From NCBI RefSeq assembly GCF_018350175.1, contig NC_058368.1, positions 53,570,001-53,634,000 on the forward strand: a stretch of 64,000 nt of DNA, read 5' to 3'. Under the pieces are notes generated by a model. It ran no database searches and was not told where the DNA came from. It was given only the letters and a program-made list of their open reading frames with translations. A program made the translations under genes and the position numbers. Positions 22,800 through 36,416 of the stretch are shown here, piece after piece. The stretch's first letter is position 1; each line of letters opens with the position of its first letter. The stretch comes from Felis catus. Lineage: Eukaryota.

Positions 22800-23710
22800 T
22801 TTTTTGAACATTTTCAGTGGAAATTTTAAGCATATTTAGTAGACAGCACAGTGTAGTGAACCTCTTGACCCATAATCCAAATTCAGTAATTCTGAAGCAA
22901 ATCTTTAGACAAATTTTTTTTCTAAATGTTTACTTTTGAGGGAGAGCATGTGTGTAAGCGGGGTAGGGGCGAAGAGAGAGGGGGAGACAGAATCCAAAGC
23001 AGGCTCCCCTCTGTCAGTGCAAAGCCCTACATGGGTCTTGAACTCATGAACCCTAAGATCATGACCTGAGCCGAAGTCACTTAACTGAGTGAGCCATCCA
23101 GGTGTCCCTCTGAACCAAATCTTGTGTTATCTATTCCCTCATTATTTTCCCCTCCCCATATTTTTAAAAAATATATTTTTTAGAACAGTGGTAAAACTTG
23201 CCTGTGATACTTTTTGGGCTTCCATTGTTTTTGATGGCCTTGACAGTTTTGAGGAATACTTAGGATATTTTGTAGAATGGCCCTTAATTGGAATTTGTCT
23301 CATGTTTTTCTCCTGATAGACTGGGGTATGGGTTCTAAGAGGAAGACCACAGAGGTCAAGTGCCATTTTCATCATATCATATTTGGGAAACATACTATCA
23401 ACAGAAATCTTGTTTGATGTTGGCCTTGATCCCTCAGCTGAGGTAATGTTTGTCCGATATCTCCACTATAAAGTTTACCTGATCCTTGGCCCCCACTTCT
23501 GTGCTGGGAATGACATTATGCACAGCTCATGACTAAGGAGAAGGGACTTATACTCCTCCTTAAGGAAGTATCTGTATAAATTATTGGAAATTTTTCTGTA
23601 TGGGAGATGTCTCTTTCCCAATTAATAATTGATTCAATTATTATAGCCATGTTATTTTGAAGCAAATTTCAGACACGTATTCTGTAAATATTTCAATATT
23701 TACAAAAATC
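22800..23710 (-). mobile_element. L1MC-like 3' region interrupted by a SINE
   Basis: ccttgacagttttgaggaatact...tttgtagaatg...gaagaccacagaggtcaagtgccattttcatca. Confidence 0.8.
22912..23108 (-). mobile_element. CAN-SINE
   Basis: SINE head and body; TSD tctgaa(g/c)caaatctt. Confidence 0.95.
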
Positions 23711-23740
23711 TGTTAAACTCCTTTATTTTAAAAATCTTTT

Positions 23741-23951
23741 GGGGAGCCTGGGTGGCTCAGTCAGTTAAGTGTCCAACTTTAGCTCGGGTCATGATCTCGC
23801 AGTCCGTGAGTTTGAGCCCCACGTCAGGCTTTGTGCTGACAGCTCGGAGCCTGGAGCCTGCTTCAGATTTTGTGCGTCTCCCTCTCTCTCTGCTCCTCCT
23901 CCGCTCACACTCCGTGTCTCTCTCTCAAAATTAATGTTAAAAAAATTTTTA
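23741..23951 (+). mobile_element. CAN-SINE
   Basis: Full SINE; TSD aaaaatctttt. Confidence 0.97.
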
Positions 23952-24360
23952 AAAAATCTTTTTTCTATTCAACAGGTACCCAATATTTTAAATTTGGAAC
24001 ATGGACTTACTAAAATAAAATACATTCCAAAATCAAAGACTTGAATGCATTTTAACTCAATAAATGCTTATTGTCTGCTGGGTGCCAAGTATGCCAAGTG
24101 CTGGGAATATACTGATGAATAAGAGTAGCAGATGAATAGGAAGTCACAGTTAAACCAGTCTCCCTTTTCTGCCTTCCTTTGCCTCAATATAAATAATGAA
24201 AAGGGCTTCTATTGTGCTGCTGGACACAAATAAAAACTATGTTGTCAGTTTAAAGATGAAACTGAATTATGGCATAGTTTTGACTTCCCCAAGGTCATTG
24301 GACTAGTGAGATGTTTTAATGTGACTTGATCTCAGACAGCATATGGCATTAAAGTCTAAC

Positions 24361-24556
24361 CAGAGATCTGCAAACTATTTCTGTAAACGGGCAGATGTTT
24401 AATAGTCTAGACTTTGTACCACTTATGTTCTCTGTTGCTTCTTTTTTTAAGAGAGTTGTAAAAAAGAAAAGGTAAAATCCAGTCTTTGCTTGGGGGACAT
24501 ATGAAAACAGGATACAAGCTGGATTTGGCTGACAGGTTAGAGTGCTCCAACCCGTG
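24361..24556. mobile_element. MER58-like hAT MITE
   Basis: cagagatctgcaaactatttctgtaaacgggcagat...ggatttggc...aacccgtg. Confidence 0.75.
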
Positions 24557-25299
24557 CAGATCACTATGCTATATTGCCTCCTAGCATCATAATGGTCACA
24601 CTCAGAATGCCCTAAACAAACTCTGCCATTCTATAGGGCTTAATTCTTTCTTTGACACATTGGATCCATTTCCTCTTGTTTTCATCATCTGTAACATTAT
24701 GCAACACTAGGCATAATTTCCCAGGTAATCTGTGTATGAGATCTGTCCTCTTAAGGTCTGAGTAAAGGTAGATAAAGAATTCAAAGATACCAAGTCTCCA
24801 GGAAATCTGGATTTGGGGGAAGTTGATTTGAGTGATTTCCCATAGTACAAATGGTTAAGTGGCTTACCTAAGCAGTGGAAGTGGTATAAATAGTTATTCT
24901 TCAGAAACGAAGGGGGGTTAGTTTGCCCTTTGTGGTCAGAACTCCACCATAGGATCTTCCTCATTGCTTCTGTGGGAATCCCACTCACCCATTAGGGGTG
25001 TGTAACAGTCTGGAGGAGATGCTTTCTGATTGACAAAGGCACCCAGACAACTCAATACCTTATTTAAAACAAACAAATAAACAAAAAACCTTCTTTTGTA
25101 AATTGTGAATAAGGAGGACTAGACCCAGTCAACCCCCAGGCAAGGGTCAGGTCATGGTCCTGGATCTCTCACTCACTCAGCAGTCAGCTCCTGGTTCTTC
25201 GTGGTCTATACATCTGAAAAATCATAAGCTGGGCTAAAATGTCATGGGTAAAAACAGGTTTCCTTCAGAAACCTGGGGATCAGAAGCTCTTATTAGACA

Positions 25300-25510
25300 G
25301 TTGTGGCTAAGAATATGATGTTTCATAATCAGACAACCTGTATTTATAGTCCTAAGACTTTCAAGCAGTCAAGTTGGACAGTTTAATCTTGACTCGCAGT
25401 TTCTCCATTGATAAAATGGGGTAACACTATCTCAGAGAGCTGTGAATAAAATAAGAAAAAGTACTTCTTCATACCTGCCACAAATAAGTGGTAAACATTA
25501 GTCATTATTT
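25300..25510 (+). mobile_element. MIR
   Basis: cagtttctccattgataaaatgggg core. Confidence 0.7.
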
Positions 25511-25764
25511 AAAATATCATGTTATTAAAATATATGATCTATACTATGATTTTTGCATTGTATAAATTCTGATCATCTTGGTCTAATTTTTTCTTTTATA
25601 ATCATTCATTTTAAAATTATCCATGCTTTTATTCAACGCTTGCAGTGTTTTTGGTATGTCTAGTGTCCTGGGGAAAAAAGGAATAAGCTAGTTTCTGCCC
25701 TGAGGAATTGATAATTTGCTAGAAGATTGGGTATATCCATCCCAGACAGTTAAGCAAAAACAAA

Positions 25765-25921
25765 ATGCTTCTCAAGCCTTCCTGTACATGTGGATCTCTA
25801 GGAGATCTGGTTAAAATGCAGCTCCTAATTCAAGTCTGGAGTGGGTCCTGGGAGTCTGCTTTTTACCAAGCTCCCAGGTAACATCAATGCTGCTGGTCCT
25901 GGGTACACACTTTGAGTAGCA
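25765..25921. mobile_element. MER5A (hAT-Charlie)
   Basis: ttaaaatgcag...caagctcccaggtaa...tgctgctggtcctggg...cacactttgagtagca. Confidence 0.85.
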
Positions 25922-27903
25922 TGATCAGTCCTGCAGGATTTCAAAGAGGGCAGAGACTAATGTTGACCCTGACTTGTCCATAATACTAACAGATAGTAAC
26001 AAAAGCAAGAAAGAAAACTACATGAGCTTTTTCTGTGCCATTTTGTAGGTAGAGATTTAATATTTTTTCATGCTGGTGAGGACAATTATTCTCTACCCAG
26101 ACGACCAGGGCAGGGCTTACAACTCCATTTATGGCAACCTTGCAAACCCTAAAGCACAGAGTGGTTATATTTTCTGTGGTCTTCTTCTTGGGTTCCAATT
26201 TTTCTTTAAATTTCTGTTGATTTTCACATTCTTGGCTTGTAAAGTCACCTCAAATCTTTACCCGAGGTGAAATAGAAGCCAATGCATTTCATTCCATTGT
26301 TTCAGATACCACTGGTTTCAAAAAAATTCAGAGATTTTTAGGTTGAAAGTTAAATCCAAGTGAAATAGACCATATATTAAATAATACTGATGATGAGGCA
26401 CCTTTAGTTCATTAAGTCAGACACTGGTTTTTTTTTGGTCCGGGGAAAGAGCCATGTGTTAGAAATGTATGTTAAACATGATCTCCATATAGTTTCATTT
26501 AAGTATTATAAAGATCAGCTAAGCTATAATAATGCTCTTTAGAAATTACAAGTAATAAGAAGGACTAAAAATCCTGGATGGAAGACCCTGCTAAGCTGTT
26601 TCTTCAGACTGCAGTGCTGGAATGTCAGTGAGTGTTGTCAGGACATTTCTGGGTTCAAAGGAGAGTGGCTTTGGTGGATTGCTCTTATTTATTTCACAAA
26701 TATCTCTGTCCTATTCACTTCTATCTAAAGAGTTGCTATTATTTCTGCTTTTGTCCTGCTTCACTTTCATCTCACGTATCAGGGATTGAAACCCTGGTTC
26801 ATCTAATTGTGTCTGACATGAAGCTGTCAATCTTCTCTCCAAGGCCTTTATTGAAATGTTCCAGATGTGTGGCAGGCTCTAGGATTGTAGGCACGACTGG
26901 CCTCTGATTCTTAAATGGTCAGCGCATCCTCTCTTTCCCCAGCCTCTAGGCCTGTCCACCAAAGTCATGCATGTAATGTCACTTCAAAGCACCTTTCTTA
27001 TCCAGTCTTTTATTTTCCTCCTTCAGAAAACGACCGGCATAGTGTGTCATTTTCTCTTATTGGCAGTTTGCAAGTCTTAGTTCCCAAGGGAGCACACAGA
27101 TCAATCTCTCCCAAAGAGTTTTACATCTTCAACTAGCTAGTCCAACCTCCTATAAATTGGATTTATGAATAAAATTGAAATATCATTTCCACATTCACGG
27201 CCCCATATCAAATGTAAGTATATTAAAGGGAAGTGTCGTAAACCCTTGATCATCTGCCCTGTCCATTCATTGTTTGTAAATGACCTTTTAAAATTGTAAA
27301 TCACCAGAAAGCTTGCGTTGGAGCTTTCTTCACATTTCTTTACAAGTGTTTCTCCTCCAGTCTGGACTACAGGTAGACATATAGACATATAGACAAAATG
27401 ACTCGTCTTCAGGACATTAACACTTCAGTTGAACTGTATTCATTTTAGACTCAGGTCCATGTGGCTTCTCTAAAGTCTAGCTGTACCCATTGTTTTGTTA
27501 TGGTTAATTACAGAGACTCAGTATGATCGTGCTACTTTCCTACCCCCAATTCCTTTTTATCTTTGTTCCTTTATCCCTCATGGTCACAACTAGGGGCACA
27601 GGTAGTTGGTTCCACGTCTCTCCTCTATTTCTGAGTGGTTAGAGAGTCAGCACGGTAGACGAAGACATTATTGGGGATTCTTTATTTAGCCAAATAACAC
27701 AACTAACAGACTTTTCACCTTGTAGTCCTACCACTTTTCCATATTTTTCCATCTCCCTGATTATTTGTCTTTTACTTGACTGTGTCTCCTGGAAAGCACG
27801 GACTCAGTTTTGATTTTCTACCTCAGTTAACAGAGCAGTGCCTCTTTCTTAGTGGAAGCCGAGTAGCTGTAGTATTTTAGATATTTTTCTAAGTTTTAAA
27901 ACC

Positions 27904-28111
27904 TTATTTTTATTATTATTATTATTATTTTTTTTTTGAGAGAGCATGTGTGCACAAGCAGAGGGAAGGGCAGAGGGAGAGAGAATCATAAGCAGGCTCC
28001 AGACTGTTAGTGTGGAGCCTGATGCGGGGCTGGATCTCATGACTGTGCCATCATGACCTGAGCAGAAATCAAGTGTCAGTTGCTTAACCGACTGAGCCAC
28101 GCAGGCACCCC
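27904..28111 (-). mobile_element. CAN-SINE
   Basis: (TTA)n tail and SINE body ending gagccacgcaggcacccc. Confidence 0.95.
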
Positions 28112-29395
28112 TATTTCTTTTTTTAAAGGAATTAAACGTACCAGGGAAAAGAAGTAATAGTTAATATGGGTAGTCAGTACTTGTCCCACTTTGACATGAA
28201 TATGAATATGGAAATAGACTTGGGCCTAACATCCTGTATTTCCACGAAACACCAAGGTTATGCTGATGTTGATATTTTGGGGGCCGTATTTTGAGTGTGA
28301 GGCCCTAGGGGCTTAGGCTTTCTCTGTTCTCAAATCACAACCAATGAGTAGCTTTGCCTGGTGATTGAATCTTGATATTTTTTTCCCAGTTACCAAGATC
28401 TGTTACAAAGATTTCAGACAGTACAGAAATAAAAGCTGTAGGAAGCAAAAGTTCTCAATAACATTCCTCCTAGAGACAGCTGCCGTCAACAATCTAATGC
28501 ATATTCTTCCAAATTATTTTCTTTCTATGTATGGCTATCTTTCAGGAAATGAACTCATTCAAAACATTTTGTTCTTGCTTTTTTCACTTTTCAGTATGTT
28601 TTGAGCTTCCTTCCCCCATGTAAGAACCTATGGTCTTTCATTCTATTTTAAGGATAGTTCATAGATGCATTAAGTTTTTATGTTAAGAAATTTATATAAA
28701 CAAAATTTAAAAATAAAAATAGCATTTTTTGGCAGGATTCAGTGTTATATAAATGAATAGTTTAAAATAGAAGTTAACTTCTAGATCATGCCGTGATGGC
28801 ACTTTGAAGGAATGAGCAAGCAGTCAAATGAGACACTCTGGAGGGGTTAGAACGGAGATCTTTGTCTCTCAGAAATGATAGTTCCATGCAGTTCCATAGA
28901 GGCTGGGGTCTGAGCTACTGAAGGATGATGACTAGATAGATGTAAGGATGCCCTGGGGTTTGCCCAAGATTCACTGCTGAGGGTTGTGAGTGAAGACGCC
29001 AGGGGGTGCGTAGTGCCCCTCGTTGCTGTGCCAGGGCTGGAGGCCGGGAAGCCTTTGGGGACTTGTTCCACACAGCTGCTGGGTAACAGCTGGCTTTGCA
29101 GCACGGGGCCTGAGCAGTTCCCTGGCCCAAGGCAGTGTGACTTTTGGAGGCGGTGGTTGTTACGGAGGGCTGGGAGCAGCGCCATAGGCCCATAGGGGAG
29201 AGGCCCACTCTCCCCTGCGGGTGCGGGTGGTGGCCTGTGCCCACTGACAGAGACTGGAAATCTCGAGGAAGGAGGGCTGCGTCTTTGTGCAGAGAAGCTG
29301 TTACACAAACAGTAGGCAGAGTAAACTAAAGATCGCTCTTGTACAATCGAAATGAATATTATGCTGCACATTCATTAACTAGAATTAAATGAAAA

Positions 29396-29490
29396 GGAGT
29401 GCCCAGCTGGTTGTTTAGTGGAGCATATGACTCCTGATCTCAGGGTTGTGAGTTCAAGCCCCACATTGGGCATAGACCTTACTTAAAAAA
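29396..29490 (+). mobile_element. Short old tRNA-derived carnivore SINE (SINEC_old-like)
   Basis: gactcctgatctcagggttgtgagttcaagccccacattgggcatagaccttacttaaaaaa; no CT region; followed by (CA)n. Confidence 0.85.
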
Positions 29491-31149
29491 TAGACGCATA
29501 CACACACACACACGCGCGCACACACACACAAAGAATATAGCATACTATACAATAACATGCAAAAAAAATTGCTCTTCAAATGGCCGCTTAAGCTACAGGG
29601 ACGCCTGTATTGGCTTGAGCTGTGCACGTTTGATTCCAAACCAGGGATTCATAAACACAGATCTATGTCCTTTCTCTGTCTCTCACTTGAGAATCAGAAT
29701 TTCTGGCCAGACATCCCAGTCAGAATAGGAACGACTGGCCTGCAATCTTTGCAATTAATTTGAGAATCTCTCCACAATAAAAAGACCCTCTTCGCTGCCC
29801 ACCCCCAACCCTCAAGTAAGGCTAGAGATAGGATAGATTAACTGAATCTTCAACAGGCAATTTCAGATGTTGTAGATGCACTTCTGCTGTGTGATTAATT
29901 GCCTCAATGTTTGGCAAGTACTAAACAGGAGAGTTTTGTGGGGCGGAAGTCGGAGAGCAGGCTGCGGCTGGCCCGCTGTTTGTTACTGCTCAGGCCCAGC
30001 CTCTGTGCTCCCTCAACAAAGCACAGCTGCTTCATGTCTGTCACAATCAATGGGATGACATTTCCCAACTGGTAATTACCAAAAGGATTCCTGTTGATGC
30101 CTTTTGGAACTGCCAATCTTGACGGTAGCTCTTGGCTCCTGCTGAGTACAGTATGTCTGCAGTTGGGCTTTTTATCTGCATTTTCATACTTGAACTGAAA
30201 GAAAGGTTTGTGTGGAGACTTGTAGCTTACCGCCTCGTGTATCTCTTCCTTCCCCTCACCTGTCTACATGTTAAGAGTATCACAGAGACTCTAAAATCCT
30301 CTGCATATGCCGAAAAAGACTGGTCTGGAGGTAAACTAGGAGAACGGTGCCCAAGAAACATTATCAAAAGCACTAATGTGAGTTGCAAATGAAAGCTTTT
30401 ACCCCTTACCCCCCCAAAACATAAAAATATAAGGCAGGTATTTTCTGGTGTTTAAATGAGAGCCTTCCTCATAATTTGGTATTCACCAAAGAGAAGAATT
30501 CAGAATTTCTTGGATCCAGGAATCTAGGAAGAACCTTCCAAGTTGACATCTCTTCACATTACATATACAGTATTCCAGGCACTGGGATGCCATTTATCAG
30601 ACAGTTTTTAAAGGAAAATAAATAAGGCTGTAGCCAGGTGGCTCTATGGGAGGCATCAACCTGTAAACACATATCCTAGAGGAAAACGTTTATTCCTTCC
30701 TTCTCCCAGTGATTCATGGCAGGGGTGCACTGTATGCCAGATGTTGTTCTGGGTGCTGAGAACTGGAACGGTAGCAAAGGAGGTGGGGATCACAAAGACG
30801 CTATTCAGATGGCACACTGAAATTGAGAGACCCTCTCCTTCTACCTGGATTCTCCCTACCGATCCTGGGCTCTTAAAGTCCTAGATTCTTAAGCATATAG
30901 TAATTTCTTCCCTGGTCATATTTCGATGAGCCGGTTGTGGTTTTCTGAGCCTTGGAGTTAAAAGCATTAAAACACACAGAATGTAGATGGATTGGACAAC
31001 TCAGGCACATGAGTGTGGCTAAGGTGGAAAAATTCAGGGCAAAGTAGAAATTTAAAATGGTGAAAAAATACACATGAAAAGAAGGAAGACAAACAAAGAT
31101 TACTTAGTATAGGTTTGTTCACAGATTGAGCTTGTTTGACAAGAGTGCC

Positions 31150-31360
31150 GAGACCAAAAGCAGATTAGTGGCTGGCAGTAGTCGAGAATGGGTGCCACTT
31201 TTAATGGGCTAGGGTTTCTTTTTGAGGTGACAAAAATGTTATAAAATTAGATTGTCATGGCTGTACAACTCTGAATATACTGAAACCTACTGAATTGTGT
31301 ACTCGAAAAGGGTCAAATTTATGGTATATGAATTATATCTCAAAGCTGTTACTTAAAAAG
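31150..31360 (+). mobile_element. L1MB-like 3' end
   Basis: gcagattagtggctg...tttgaggtgacaaaaatgtt...aattatatctcaaagctgtt. Confidence 0.85.
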
Positions 31361-31368
31361 GGCACGGT

Positions 31369-31550
31369 GGGGTGCCTGGGTGGCTCAGTCAGCTGAGCAT
31401 TTTTGGCTTAGGGCATGATCCCAGGGTCATGGGAACTGGCTCTGTGCTGAGTGTGGAGCTTGCTTAAGATTCTCCGTCCCTCTGCCCCTCTCCCCTACTC
31501 ACATGTGCATGCAGCTCTCTCTAAAATAAAAAATAAAAATAAAAATAAAA
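31369..31550 (+). mobile_element. CAN-SINE
   Basis: SINE head; (AAAAAT)n tail; TSD aaaaagg(g)ca(c/t)ggt. Confidence 0.93.
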
Positions 31551-31894
31551 AAGGCATGGTTTCAAGCTTGATTAAGGTGAGGTAGGAACCTAAACTGAGT
31601 GTTCCTTCAGCAGGCAATCTTCCTTCTGAATCTCTGATAAACTTAGTTTCTCCATAGGAGAAACTTACCCAAGTATTTTAAGGAGTAAACTGTTGTAGCT
31701 TAGGCAATGGGGGAGAGAGAGAGTATCAATTATGACAACTGGTAATATGGTAGAATTGATACTATAAATATTTATGTATCTAAAATGAGAAACGAGCCAA
31801 AAAGCTGAAAATATGTGAGAAAGTTGTTTGTCTTTGCTGTTGAAGATGGCAGCCTCTAGTCAAAGGTATTTAAGTTGGAACTAATTATTATCGA

Positions 31895-32010
31895 ATCCAT
31901 TTAAGTTCAGTTTTTTGGTCCCACTAGCCACATTTCATGTGCCTAGTAGGCTCATGTAATTGATGGATGGGGCAGATACAGAACCTTCCATTGGAAAGCT
32001 CTGCTCCAGG
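31895..32010. mobile_element. MER3-like hAT fragment
   Basis: ttcagtt...cactagccacatttca(t)gtgc. Confidence 0.6.
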
Positions 32011-32789
32011 TGTTAGGTGGTGTGGTACCCTACTTCACAACATCCCCACTGTTTTCCCTCATAGGAGAACCTAGAACACAGTCTCCTCTTTTTCAAGAGT
32101 CTGCATGGATAGTCCACTGAAACTCAGGACTGTCCTAGTGCAAATGTGAGACCTCATTGTATCACGCAGGGCTTCAATCAGCAGTGAGCTGAGATTTCCT
32201 CATGATCATTAGTTTAGTACTCCTAAAGCTTAGGTTTTATTTAGAATTCTGAATTAAGTTTCTTTATAGTGTTTTAGATATTTATTTCACTTTTTCTGTC
32301 TCTTCTTTTTAGGTACATAGTTTAAAAATCTGACAAATATTTGACAAACACGAGTGGCCACATCCCAAATATTTACCCATCAGGACATGATTTACCCAAT
32401 AGTAAATAATGTCTTTGTTTACTTGTCACAATTTCCTGGCCTATGAAATGGAATTTGTACTTTCTTACATCATGGCATCTAAAAAATTAAGATTTGGGGA
32501 TTATTTTCATAAGGTGTCACAAAGAAAACTGTGTAAGGTAAAGTAAATAATTATTATAAAATTTCTTTAAAAAAAGACTTCTAATCTAATTATGTTAATT
32601 GACAGTAATGTTGGGTAATACCCGAAAAAATACATAAATCGCAAGACCACCCTGTAAGACATCTCTCAGAGGTAAATGTTATAATCATTTGGTTGTAGTT
32701 TTTCATCTTTGCTTTATACTACATATATAGTTTCACAGAATTGGAAGTATGTTTCCTGTGCCCTTAACTTCCAGTCCTAAGCTTAACCA

Positions 32790-33040
32790 ACTTCACTGTG
32801 TAGCATGGTGGTTAACAATGTTGACCCTGGAGCCCTCACTGCCTCTCTACAGAGGCCAGCTCTACAACTTACTAGCTATGAACCCTTGGTCAAATCACTT
32901 AACCCCTCTGCATTTCAGTGCCTTGTTGTGTATGATGGGGATAATAACAGTGCCTAACTCTCAAGGTAGTTGTGAGGTTTACCTGAGTTCATGTGAGTGA
33001 CACACATGAAATGATGCCTGGAAGACAGCACTTCCTATTG
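32790..33040 (+). mobile_element. MIR
   Basis: gtgtagcatggtggttaa...cacttaacccctctg...atggggataataacagtgcctaactc. Confidence 0.9.
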
Positions 33041-33789
33041 TTACAAACATGACCTGTTTCAGCCACTACCTGTGCTTTGCAGAACTGAAGTCCTTTTTGA
33101 AAATTTCCTCTGCACTCAAGTATTCCTGAAGTCTCCATGGGGGAATCCTCCAGTCTGTTGATTCTAGTCTGTGAGTAGAATCGACCATATTCCTTCTGTG
33201 TCACTCTGCCTTTCTTCAGTTGATGTCCTCTACTCTTAAAATGGCTCTAAGCATCAGTACTGTTAGTAGTGACTGGTATCCATCATAAGAATCCCAGTGT
33301 CCATGCTAAATATGCTGTATTCCAATTCTTTCAAAACCACTACTCTTAGAGGGCACCCAATTATTGCAGTTTTCATATAAAAATAGAAAGGCCCCTTCTA
33401 ATTCTGTTGTAGACCCTCACTGTACTCCTAAGAGGCTGGCTTTTGTTTTGTTTCTGATTCCGTAGAGTAGATGATTATAAATCCAAACTTTCTCTCTTGC
33501 TAATATTGGCATTCTTTTAAGATTCACAATAATTGTAGAAGTTGTAAGTCCGTTTCCTATGAAAGTGTGTGGAGGGGATGGGAAAAAAATGAGGGGATGA
33601 GCGGGGGAGAGTAAAATCTTGCCTTATCTCTTATAACTCCTTACCTACATAGAAGTTTAAGCTCCTTGAAGATAAGTACTTCCTCTTTGTCTACTGTCTC
33701 CTATAGTATTAGTAAAATCCTGGGCTTAAAAAACCCATTAGATATATTAAAATGTATTATTTTCAATATTACAAAAAGGAAAGAAAAGT

Positions 33790-33990
33790 GATACTTACCA
33801 AATATCTATGTGCCAGACACTCTAAATAGGTTTTCTCATATAATCTTTATAATGACCTCTTAGGGGGTACTTCTTATTCTCCTCTTCTTACAGATGAGGT
33901 AATAGAGTTTAAGAAAAGTTAAGCCGTTTCCCCAGGTCCCACCATGAGTAGGTGACAAAAGTCTGGGTTCTTCTTCAGATCTGTGTAACA
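33790..33990 (-). mobile_element. MIR
   Basis: ctatgtgccagacac...ttacagatgaggtaa...aagttaag. Confidence 0.8.
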
Positions 33991-34245
33991 GACCCCAAGC
34001 TTGGTCTCAAGCGGTGGGGAAATAATTTGACCATGAGCAAAATTCAATTTTACTTAATTGAATTTATTCTGAGTTGAGAATAAGTTTAGGCTCATCTTTT
34101 TCAGTCAAAACATCTATTAGCCTTAGAGGAAAAAAATTTGGTTAAAAAAAACTTCTTATATCCCTTTGATATCAAATAATTCTTCAAAAATTGAATTTAG
34201 GAAAAGCATGTAAATATACCTTGAAATATAGATTTAAAAATTCAA

Positions 34246-34435
34246 GGGGCGCCTGGGTGGCGCAGTCGGTTAAGCGTCCGACTTCAGCCAGGTCACGATC
34301 TCGCCGTCCGCTGATGGCTCAGAGCCTGGAGCCTGTTTCCGATTCTTGTGTCTCCCTCTCTCTCTGCCCCTCCCCCGATCATGCTCTGTCTCTCTCTGTC
34401 CCAAAAATAAATAAACGTTGAAAAAAAAAATTAAA
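34246..34435 (+). mobile_element. Young CAN-SINE with internal deletion
   Basis: CpG-rich head; TSD aaaaattcaa at 34,236-34,245 and 34,436-34,445; the B-box segment is absent. Confidence 0.97.
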
Positions 34436-36179
34436 AAAAATTCAATTAAACTATTCAGGTTATAGTCAGCTTATTTACCTTTTATTTTAGGAGGTGTAAA
34501 GGGACTCCCAAACGTGTATTCCCCACTTTTTGCTTCTGAGTCACCTAACAGATGAGTAGAGTTGGTTGTTGAGTTTCTCTAAGACAGTTTTCAAGTGTTC
34601 TTTTGTGTTTCTCTCTTTTAGACTCTTTATCAAAGCTAGTTTAACGTTAGCCAAGTCCTTATTTTCCAAGGGACATCATTTTCTCTCCTCCTGCTGCTGC
34701 TGTGGATTACTTAGGAAAAATGTGTTTGAACAAGGAGCCGTGCTATCTTTCTACTTGAGCATTTGAGCTCCCGTGTTGCGTAGGACCATTCACATCTTTC
34801 CAGGCTTCAGACCCCATGGAATCTTCATGAAAAACTGAAATGCAGTGAAATAAATCCTAAGAAGGTCTGTTGACTTTAGGTCAGATATTGAACTTCTGAT
34901 ATGTGGCCATTAAGGTGAGTGGAAGTAAACATCCCCTTTAACTATCCAGGATAAAGAAAGTTCACAATAATTTCTTTTGTTCCTTATCTCTGGTTTTCAA
35001 TAAAGTGTGACCAAATGGCAGTTGCTGGAATGCAGCCATTTCCCCTGCTATGTATTCATCGGCAGATCTATGTCAGTTGATTTTCAGTCTAGCTTTCCTG
35101 GTGTTCCACAGTGACAAAATAACGTGTGGTAACTTATTTAATCAATAAATTACTTTCTTTATATACTTTAAGTGTAACAGAAGCTAGCCTCAAAATTATA
35201 TTTGGAATTGATTTTGGTGTATTCCCCTCCATTCTTAGTAGTGACCTTGTAGTCATCAGAGCTCTAGTCTACTGTGAAAAATCATGATCCTGAGTTAAGA
35301 GATGATCTCATAGGCTTGCTTTATCACATTCTTCACCGGGTTCATTTTGTTAGACTTTTCCCAAAAGCACATTGCTTCTAACTCTAAAGGGTTCTGTCAG
35401 ATCTAAACATCTTATAATATTGGTAAGGTGCCTTTAATTTTTAAAGAGAAACTATTAAATAGTTTTGACAAATATTGACCTCACTATACCAGGTTGGCTT
35501 GTTTGTAAAAACCAGTGGCAACAGCTATAGATAAAAGGAACAGTACAAAGAATTAGAAGCACCACAAACAGCAAGTCCTGTATTTAGACTTGACATCATA
35601 TAATGACCCAGGGAGAAATTTTGCATAAGCATTACTAAGACATGCTTGAAAGTTTCATTGACATGGCATTAATTACACAAACTTCTCGTGATAACAGGAC
35701 ATTGTGCTGCTAAAGGCACGTAGTAAGCTGCACATTAGCACAAACAGCTAACTTACAAAAATATGTGGCTGTTGAGCACACAATCTGATAAACCCTTCAA
35801 ATGAGACCATTCTTTCTCTAGGTAAAATGTGTTGTTAATCAATGTAATTGTTCTGATAAACTCATTTCACTACATAATTACTTTTATTTATAATACTTCC
35901 ATAATTGCTTTTTACAGTTTTTTAGATACATTGATTCCACAGATCTCCACTGAACACAAACCATGTGAAAGGCAGGACGCCAAGAACTGTGGATAGAAAA
36001 ATGTATCAGATACAGTTGTATCTTTGAGGCCTTTAATCTAGTTTGGGAGAAAGACAACATTATATTACGATAAACACCAAAATTGAGTTATATTCAATTC
36101 AAAGTGATATGGGAATATTAAGGAGGAAACCTCTAACTCCCATAGGCAAACTAACCTAGGTAGATTTTTCAAAAAAAAA

Positions 36180-36191
36180 TTTTTTTTAATT

Positions 36192-36240
<49 letters not shown>

Positions 36241-36416
36241 TTTGACAGAGCACGAGCAGGGAAAGGGCAGAGAGAGAGGGAGACATGGAATCCATAGCAG
36301 GTTCCAGGCTCTGAGCTGTCATCATGGAGCTCGAAGTGGGGCTTGAAGCCACGAGCCATTAGATCATGACCTGAGCTGAAGTCGATGCTTAACTTACTGA
36401 GCCACCTAGGCACCCC
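36180..36416 (-). mobile_element. CAN-SINE with (TTTA)n tail
   Basis: SINE body; TSD aggtagatt(t/c)ttcaaa. Confidence 0.95.

Noticed and set aside
28847..29371. Longest ORF in the track (174 aa, minus strand)
   Set aside because: Pro/Ser-rich with no recognisable domain; overlapping ORFs in several frames are expected in a GC-rich, stop-poor patch.
29396..29490. tRNA-like sequence
   Set aside because: A diverged tRNA-derived SINE with an A tail; the acceptor stem is not intact.
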